Assembly (NCBI GenBank): GCA_040752415.1
Contig: JBFMGU010000312.1
Location: 1 to 11,813, forward strand
Direction of reading: 5' to 3'
DNA length: 11,813 nt
From: Myxococcota bacterium
GTDB taxonomy: Bacteria > Myxococcota > JACRCW01
In this document: positions 6,418 to 11,813 of the stretch, one piece after another
Layout of the letters: each line of letters begins with the position of its first letter
How positions within the stretch are numbered: position 1 is the first letter of the stretch
Program-made: the position numbers and the translations under genes
The notes under the pieces: model-generated
Database searches by the model: none
What the model saw: only the letters and a program-made list of their open reading frames with translations
What the model was told of the DNA's origin: nothing

Positions 6418-9400
6418 ATGAGGTTGTGGCGCCATCCATGTCTTGCGTTTGTCGTCGCGCTGGGGCCGCTGGTGATGGGATGTCCACCCAGCTCCACCAC
6501 CGAGCCCGGAAGCAACGACGTCGCGCCTGACGCGGCACGCATCCGGCCCGACGCGGGAGGCACCACCTTCAACGTCTGTGACGTCGCCACGACCTTCTTC
6601 GCGAACCATTGCGTCGATTGCCACCGGCCCGGACGCACGTTCCCGGACCTGACGATGCCCGCGGCGAGGAGCGGCCTCGTGAACGTGCCGAGCGAGGGAT
6701 ACCCCGGCGCGGTTCTCGTTGTGCCCGGCAATCCCGAGGCGAGCCTGCTCTTCCGCAAGCTGTACGGCATCCAGGCCGACAACGAAGGCGACCCCATGCC
6801 GCTGGGCATCCAGCGCAACGACGCGCCCGTCGCAGGGGCCGAGCTCGTCGAGCTGTGGATCCTCGGCGGCGCCAGCACCACGTGCCCCACCGACGGCGGC
6901 ACCAGCAGCGGCGGGGATGGTGGTCTCCAGGATGCCGGCCACCACGCGGACGCGGGCGCGTACGACGCGGGTCCTGGTCCGGTGGACGTGTGCGACGTTG
7001 CCAGCACGTTCTTCGCCAACAACTGCGTTGAGTGTCACCATCCCGGCGAGAACACCCCGGACCTCACGCTTCCCGGCGTCAGCATGGGCCTGGTCAACAT
7101 CCCCTCCACGGTGAATCCCGCCGCGGTGCTCATTGCGCCAGGCAATCCCACCGCGAGCCTGCTGTACCGCAAGGTGCACGCCATCCAGGGCCCCGACGAG
7201 GGGCGCCACATGCCGCCGTTCATCAACGCGGAGGACGCGCCGGTGGCGGGCGCGGAGATCCTGGAGGAATGGATCCTTGGCGGCGCGCCCACGCAGTGCG
7301 ACGTCATTCCCGACGCGGGCCCGCCCTCCGACGCGGGTCGGCCCGGTGATGCCGCGGTCACGTCGGATGCCGGCGGGTACGATGCGGGGCCGGGTCCGCT
7401 GGATGTCTGTGACGTCGCCGCCACGTTCTTCGCGAGCAATTGCGTGTCGTGCCATCGCCCCGGTCGCGTGGCGCCGGACCTGACCGTCGGCGGCGCGCCC
7501 GGCAGCATCGTCAACGTCGAGAGCGTGGAGTTCCCCGGCCAGACCCTGGTGGTCCCCGGTGATCCCAGCGCGAGCCTCCTGTACCGCAAGGTGTTCGGCG
7601 TGCAGGCGGCCAACGAAGGCGACATCATGCCCCTGGGAACCGATCCCAGCGAGGCCCCAGTTGCGGGTGCGGACATCCTCGAGGAGTGGATCCTGGGAGG
7701 TGCGCCCACGCAGTGTGACGTCATTCCCGACGCCGGCATCATCACCGAGCCCGACGCTGGCGGACCAACCGACGGCGGCGGAGGCCCGGGCGCCTACCTC
7801 GACATCTGCGACGTGTATGATTCGTTCTTCGCCACGTCGTGCGTGCAGTGTCACCGTGCCGGCGGGACGCCGCCGGAGCTCACGCGTGAAGCAGCGGCGA
7901 CGAGCCTGGTGAACGTGGAGAGCACCATCGCGCCGGGGAAGACCCTCGTGGTGCCCGGTGACCTCCCGGGCAGCCTGCTCTACCGCAAGCTCTACGGGCT
8001 GCAGGAGCAGGGGGAGGGCGCCACGATGCCACTCGGTGTGGCGCGCTCCAATGCGCCCGTGCCCGGCGCGGAGGTCGTGACGCAATGGATTGCCGAAGGC
8101 GCGCGCACCACCTGCGGCGACGACGGTGTGGACGGGGGCGTGGCCGACGCGGGCCGGGTGCAGACGTGGGACCCGGGACCCAACGCGCTGGACCAGGATT
8201 CGCTCTTTGCCTGCACCACGCCGACCACCAGCTCGCCCGCGCGCCTGCGCCGCGTGGAGCGCCGGGAGTGGACACACTCCGTGGGGAAGCCCCTGACTCC
8301 AACGTGGTACGGCAGCGTGGCGCGGAACAATCCGTTTGATGCGCCAAGCCATCTGCCCTACTCCACGTATTCCGAAGGCGTCACCATCGACCCCGCGACA
8401 TTGGATTTGTATTTCTCGGTGCTCACGGAAGCGGGCTCCGGGTGGACGGCGCGCACCCCCAGCGGGAATCTCGGCGTGCGCACCTACGCCGTCTACAACG
8501 ACAGCCAGCTCAACTGCATGTTCAATGACGTCGCGCCCACCGACGCGTGCATGGACTATTACGTGCTGAAATACCTGCGTGACGGCGTCCTCTTCCGCAC
8601 GCCCACCGACGACGAGCGGAGCCGGCTCAAGGCGTTCCTGGCCGCGACCATCGCCGAGGAGGGCGGCGACATCGCCAAGCGCCCCGTCACCATGCGCAAG
8701 GTGACTTCTGCGGCGTGGCTCACCGCCGGTGCGCTCTTCAAGAGTGAGCTGGGCGGTGCGCTGACCGACGGGCGACGCCGGCTCACCAACGACGAGCTGG
8801 CGCGGGCCCTGGGCGGCGTGCTGAGCACGTTTGCGCCGGGCACCTCCGCCATGTGGGACTTTGGCGGCGGACCACCCGCGCATCCCAACTGGACCGCGCC
8901 GCCTGAGGGCTACCTCGGTCAGCTCCGCGTGGCCGCCGCGGATGGAACCATCCAGGATCCCGCCGTGATCGAGGGCCTGATCGACCTCTACATCGGCGGC
9001 ATGGACCCGAACCGGTACGACCTGCAACTGGATGTTGACGACGACAAACGCGCGCTGCGCGGAGAATACTGGCTGGCCTCCCGCGTTGCGGACTTCTTCC
9101 GCGAGTGGCTGGACTACGAGGGCGCCAGCATCATCTTCAAGGACACGCCGCGCGCCACGACGCAGTGGGACGGGCAGTACAACGGCGACCCGATGTATGA
9201 CCCGATCACACTCGGCTTCAAGAACCTGCAGAACAACTTCTACGGCGACGAATCCACGCTGGTGCAGCAGCTGGATGACACCATTGCCCGCGTGGTCCTG
9301 GAGGACCAGCAGGTCTTCGAGAAGCTGCTGACGACGAGAATGTGGCGCCTGCCGTCCAACCTCGCCCAGACCAACGGCGTGGCCTGCACGGCGGACGGGG

Positions 9401-10176
9401 ATTGCGTGGAGCCAGGCTATACGCGGTGCACGTCGCTGGGATTCTGCGGCAATTCCATTGCGAAAAGCACGCTGGAAACCATTCGCACCTACAATCTCAG
9501 CACCAATGTTCCCAACACGCCGGAGGGTCGCTGGGTGGAGCTTCCGGTGGAGGAGCGCGCCGGCGTGTTGACGCATCCGGCGTGGCTGGCGGCGCACGGT
9601 GGCAACTTCGAGGATGACGCCAGCCTGGTGCACCGCGGCAAGTGGATTCGGGAGAACCTGCTGTGCGAGGTGGTGCCGCCGCTGGAGCTGGTGCAGGTGG
9701 AAGCCAAGCTTGTCCCCAGCGACCCCGCGAAGTCCGCCCGCGACCGCGTGCACGAAAGCATTGACCTCGGTCCCAACGCGGCAACGTGCCTGGGCTGCCA
9801 TTCGCTGATGAATCCCCTGGGCTACCCGTTCGAGATCTACAACCACGCGGGATTCGTTCGTGCCACGGACCACGGCCGCCCGCCGGACGGCAGCAGCACC
9901 ATCACCAACGCACCCGACCCGGCGCTCAACACCTCGGTGACCAACGCGGTGGATTTGTCGACGAGACTGGCGGCCTCGCCACATGCCAAGCGCTGCTTCA
10001 TCCGGCAGACGTTCCGCTACTTCATGGGCCGCAATGAGACGCCGGCCGACGCATGCGTGTTGCAGGAGATGGAGAACACACTGCAGGAAAGCAACGGTTC
10101 GTTCCTCAGCATGCTCAAGACGCTCGTGACCAGTGACGCGTTCCTCTACCGCCACGACGAGGGAGGTGCCCCGTGA
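6418..10176 (+). CDS. Multiheme cytochrome c lipoprotein: four cytochrome c repeats plus DUF1587/DUF1595/DUF1592/DUF1588/DUF1585 body, 1252 aa
   Basis: A GGGAGGGAG RBS precedes ATG 6418, and the signal peptide ends LVMG-C. CxxCH occurs at 6610, 7024, 7441, 7840 and 9787. Domain motifs: RLRRVERREWTHSV (DUF1587-like), LFRTPTDDE (DUF1595-like), RLTNDELARAL (DUF1592-like), ERAGVLTHPAWL...HRGKWIRENLLC...CLGCHSLMNPLGYPFE (DUF1588), and FRYFMGR...LVTSDAF (DUF1585-like). Confidence 0.9.
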   Translation: MRLWRHPCLAFVVALGPLVMGCPPSSTTEPGSNDVAPDAARIRPDAGGTTFNVCDVATTFFANHCVDCHRPGRTFPDLTMPAARSGLVNVPSEGYPGAVLVVPGNPEASLLFRKLYGIQADNEGDPMPLGIQRNDAPVAGAELVELWILGGASTTCPTDGGTSSGGDGGLQDAGHHADAGAYDAGPGPVDVCDVASTFFANNCVECHHPGENTPDLTLPGVSMGLVNIPSTVNPAAVLIAPGNPTASLLYRKVHAIQGPDEGRHMPPFINAEDAPVAGAEILEEWILGGAPTQCDVIPDAGPPSDAGRPGDAAVTSDAGGYDAGPGPLDVCDVAATFFASNCVSCHRPGRVAPDLTVGGAPGSIVNVESVEFPGQTLVVPGDPSASLLYRKVFGVQAANEGDIMPLGTDPSEAPVAGADILEEWILGGAPTQCDVIPDAGIITEPDAGGPTDGGGGPGAYLDICDVYDSFFATSCVQCHRAGGTPPELTREAAATSLVNVESTIAPGKTLVVPGDLPGSLLYRKLYGLQEQGEGATMPLGVARSNAPVPGAEVVTQWIAEGARTTCGDDGVDGGVADAGRVQTWDPGPNALDQDSLFACTTPTTSSPARLRRVERREWTHSVGKPLTPTWYGSVARNNPFDAPSHLPYSTYSEGVTIDPATLDLYFSVLTEAGSGWTARTPSGNLGVRTYAVYNDSQLNCMFNDVAPTDACMDYYVLKYLRDGVLFRTPTDDERSRLKAFLAATIAEEGGDIAKRPVTMRKVTSAAWLTAGALFKSELGGALTDGRRRLTNDELARALGGVLSTFAPGTSAMWDFGGGPPAHPNWTAPPEGYLGQLRVAAADGTIQDPAVIEGLIDLYIGGMDPNRYDLQLDVDDDKRALRGEYWLASRVADFFREWLDYEGASIIFKDTPRATTQWDGQYNGDPMYDPITLGFKNLQNNFYGDESTLVQQLDDTIARVVLEDQQVFEKLLTTRMWRLPSNLAQTNGVACTADGDCVEPGYTRCTSLGFCGNSIAKSTLETIRTYNLSTNVPNTPEGRWVELPVEERAGVLTHPAWLAAHGGNFEDDASLVHRGKWIRENLLCEVVPPLELVQVEAKLVPSDPAKSARDRVHESIDLGPNAATCLGCHSLMNPLGYPFEIYNHAGFVRATDHGRPPDGSSTITNAPDPALNTSVTNAVDLSTRLAASPHAKRCFIRQTFRYFMGRNETPADACVLQEMENTLQESNGSFLSMLKTLVTSDAFLYRHDEGGAP
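6574..8115 (+). repeat. Four tandem 312-bp (104-aa) cytochrome c domain repeats separated by DAG/DGG-rich linkers
   Basis: Units at 6574-6885, 6988-7299, 7405-7716 and 7804-8115 are all the same length. Consensus: (V/I)CDV...FFA..CVxCH.....P(D/E)LT......VN.....PG.P..SLL(Y/F)RK...Q...EG..MP......APV.GA.....WI..GA.T.C. Confidence 0.95.
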
Positions 10177-11630
10177 AATCATTCCCGCGCCGTTCGTTCC
10201 TCCGGGGGATGTCGTGGGGCGCCGGTGGTGTGCTGCTGGCGCCGTTGCTCACCCGGCTGGCGCAATCCCAGGCGGGACCGCCGTGCCGGTTCGTGTTTGT
10301 CGTGGAAGGCAACTGCTTTGAGCCGGTGACCATGCTCTCGTCGGGCGCACGCGCCGCGCTTGACGCCACCATGGGCAATCCCATTGGCACCGACCGCTGG
10401 TGGTTCCGGCGCTACACCCACACCGGCAGTCCGCTCGTCGTCCCGGAGACGGATTTTGCCGGCGCGTCCGCGTTGGGATCCATCCTCGGCACGGGGAGCG
10501 AGACCTCGCTGGTGCCAAACACCACGGTGCTCTTTGGTCTCTCCAGCCGCGTCACCGGAGGCGGACACTCGGCCGCGCACGGGGTGCTGAGCTCCAGTCG
10601 CTCCAGCGCGGCCGCGCCCGGCGGGCAGACCATTGACGCGCACCTCGCCGAGCTGGCGGCGGTGCGACAGGGCGCGCCCTACGACGCGGTCCGGCTCGGC
10701 GTCAGCGGGAGCGTGGACAAGCCCCTGGACTACGGCACCTGCGCTTTTGGCGTGGGTCGCGCCGCTGCGTTGGTGCTCCAGCCACGCGCGGCATTTGACA
10801 TGCTCTTCGGTTCCGTGGCGTCGGCGGCGGGACAGGCGGTGTTCCAGGAGCGTCGTCAACTGCTCGACTTCGCGCGTGCCGACGTCAACGCCGCGCTGGC
10901 GGTCTTCTCCGGCAACAGCGCGGAACGTGCGAAGCTGGAATCGTATCTCGCGTCCCTGGAGGCCAATGTGGCGCGGCAGCAGCGCATGCTGGACATGGAG
11001 GCGCAGTCGCAGAGCTTGTCGACGAACATGCCGCCCCTGCCGGAGAACAACCCGCTCTATGCCGGCACCGATCCGCTGGATCGCCTCCGCGCGCACCTGG
11101 AGCTGGCCACCGCGGCGTTGAAGGGTGGGCTCACCAACGTCGTCGTGGTGGGCAGCGGGACCGGCGGGGATTTCAACATGGCCTACACCAGCGTGAGCCC
11201 GGTGATGCGCCACGACCTGCACCACCAATCCGGCGCGAGGCCCGACTACCTGGCCGCCATCCACGAGGTGACGCGCTTGCAGGTGGCCGCGGTTGCCAGG
11301 ATGGCCCGCGACCTCGCCGCCACGCCGGAGCCGGGCACCGACGGAACCATGCTGGATCACACCGTCATCACGTACATCTCCGACAACGGCGAGCAGCATC
11401 ACTCGACCGCGTCGGAGTTCCCGGTGTTGCTGATCGGCGGCCAGGCGCTCGGTTTGTCGTCGGGTGGGCGGACGCTGCTGTATCCCGGCGTCGACCACAG
11501 TGGAAACCGACAGGTATCCAATCTCTGGAACACGCTGGGGTTCTGCGCCGGTGAGGAGCTCACGCATTTTGGCCGCGAGGGCGCCGCCCGCATCACGCCC
11601 GGGCCGCTCAGCGACCTGCTGACGACGTGA
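10173..11630 (+). CDS. DUF1552 (HXXSHH) family protein with twin-arginine signal peptide, 485 aa
   Basis: GTG start overlaps the upstream TGA (GTGA) and follows GGAGG. Tat motif FPRRSFLRG. Family-like motifs: RFVFVVEGN, GGHS, TIDAHLA, PRAAFDMLFG, ERAKLESYLASL, HDLHH, GTMLDHTVITYISDNGEQHHS. This family is the usual partner of DUF1592/DUF1588 proteins. Confidence 0.9.
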   Translation: MKSFPRRSFLRGMSWGAGGVLLAPLLTRLAQSQAGPPCRFVFVVEGNCFEPVTMLSSGARAALDATMGNPIGTDRWWFRRYTHTGSPLVVPETDFAGASALGSILGTGSETSLVPNTTVLFGLSSRVTGGGHSAAHGVLSSSRSSAAAPGGQTIDAHLAELAAVRQGAPYDAVRLGVSGSVDKPLDYGTCAFGVGRAAALVLQPRAAFDMLFGSVASAAGQAVFQERRQLLDFARADVNAALAVFSGNSAERAKLESYLASLEANVARQQRMLDMEAQSQSLSTNMPPLPENNPLYAGTDPLDRLRAHLELATAALKGGLTNVVVVGSGTGGDFNMAYTSVSPVMRHDLHHQSGARPDYLAAIHEVTRLQVAAVARMARDLAATPEPGTDGTMLDHTVITYISDNGEQHHSTASEFPVLLIGGQALGLSSGGRTLLYPGVDHSGNRQVSNLWNTLGFCAGEELTHFGREGAARITPGPLSDLLTT

Positions 11631-11813
11631 GAACGCCCGAAGTCCGCGCGCTGCTTGCCAGCTGCCCGAGCGTGGAGGACCGCGAGGGGCTGTGTGTAAC
11701 AAATTGCCCATTCCGTCGTGGGCTGGCGAATACCTAACCCCCCACGTTCATGCCGTTGCGCTCGCTCGCCCCCCTTCCCCACACCCGCTTTCCCGTCGTC
11801 ACCCACTGCGGGG

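Noticed and set aside
5830..10182. 1450-aa minus-strand ORF, and the 510-aa ORF at 10179-11711
   Set aside because: These are antisense shadows of the cytochrome and DUF1552 genes. GC-rich codon usage suppresses stops on the opposite strand, and the translations are R/G/V/A/H-rich with no motifs.
11631..11813. Possible terminator, promoter or next gene start (ATG 11750) at the right edge
   Set aside because: Only a weak GCCCA/TGGGC stem is present, there is no RBS, and too little sequence remains to support a call.

Overview
High-GC accessory region that looks myxobacterial (inferred from the DAG/DGG-rich linkers and the DUF1592/DUF1552 pair). The first ~590 bp have no credible CDS but carry a nested set of inverted repeats. 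A ~76-bp stem (160-237/321-396) and two small stem-loops sit inside a ~25-nt outer inverted repeat (121-146/461-485). Most stem mismatches become G-U pairs only on the minus strand, and a sigma70-like promoter points into the element. The layout matches a retron-type msr-msd non-coding RNA, but no reverse transcriptase gene is in the window; it would have to lie left of base 1. Three regulator/target cassettes follow: an FAD-dependent monooxygenase with a divergent LysR, a YceI lipoprotein with a divergent TetR, and a DUF2306 membrane protein with a convergent AraC. Each cassette has a candidate operator. The window ends with a translationally coupled pair: a 1252-aa lipoprotein with four 104-aa c-type cytochrome repeats fused to a DUF1587/1595/1592/1588/1585 body (five CxxCH motifs in total), and a Tat-exported DUF1552 (HXXSHH) protein. 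All family calls come from motif recognition by eye, not database searches.
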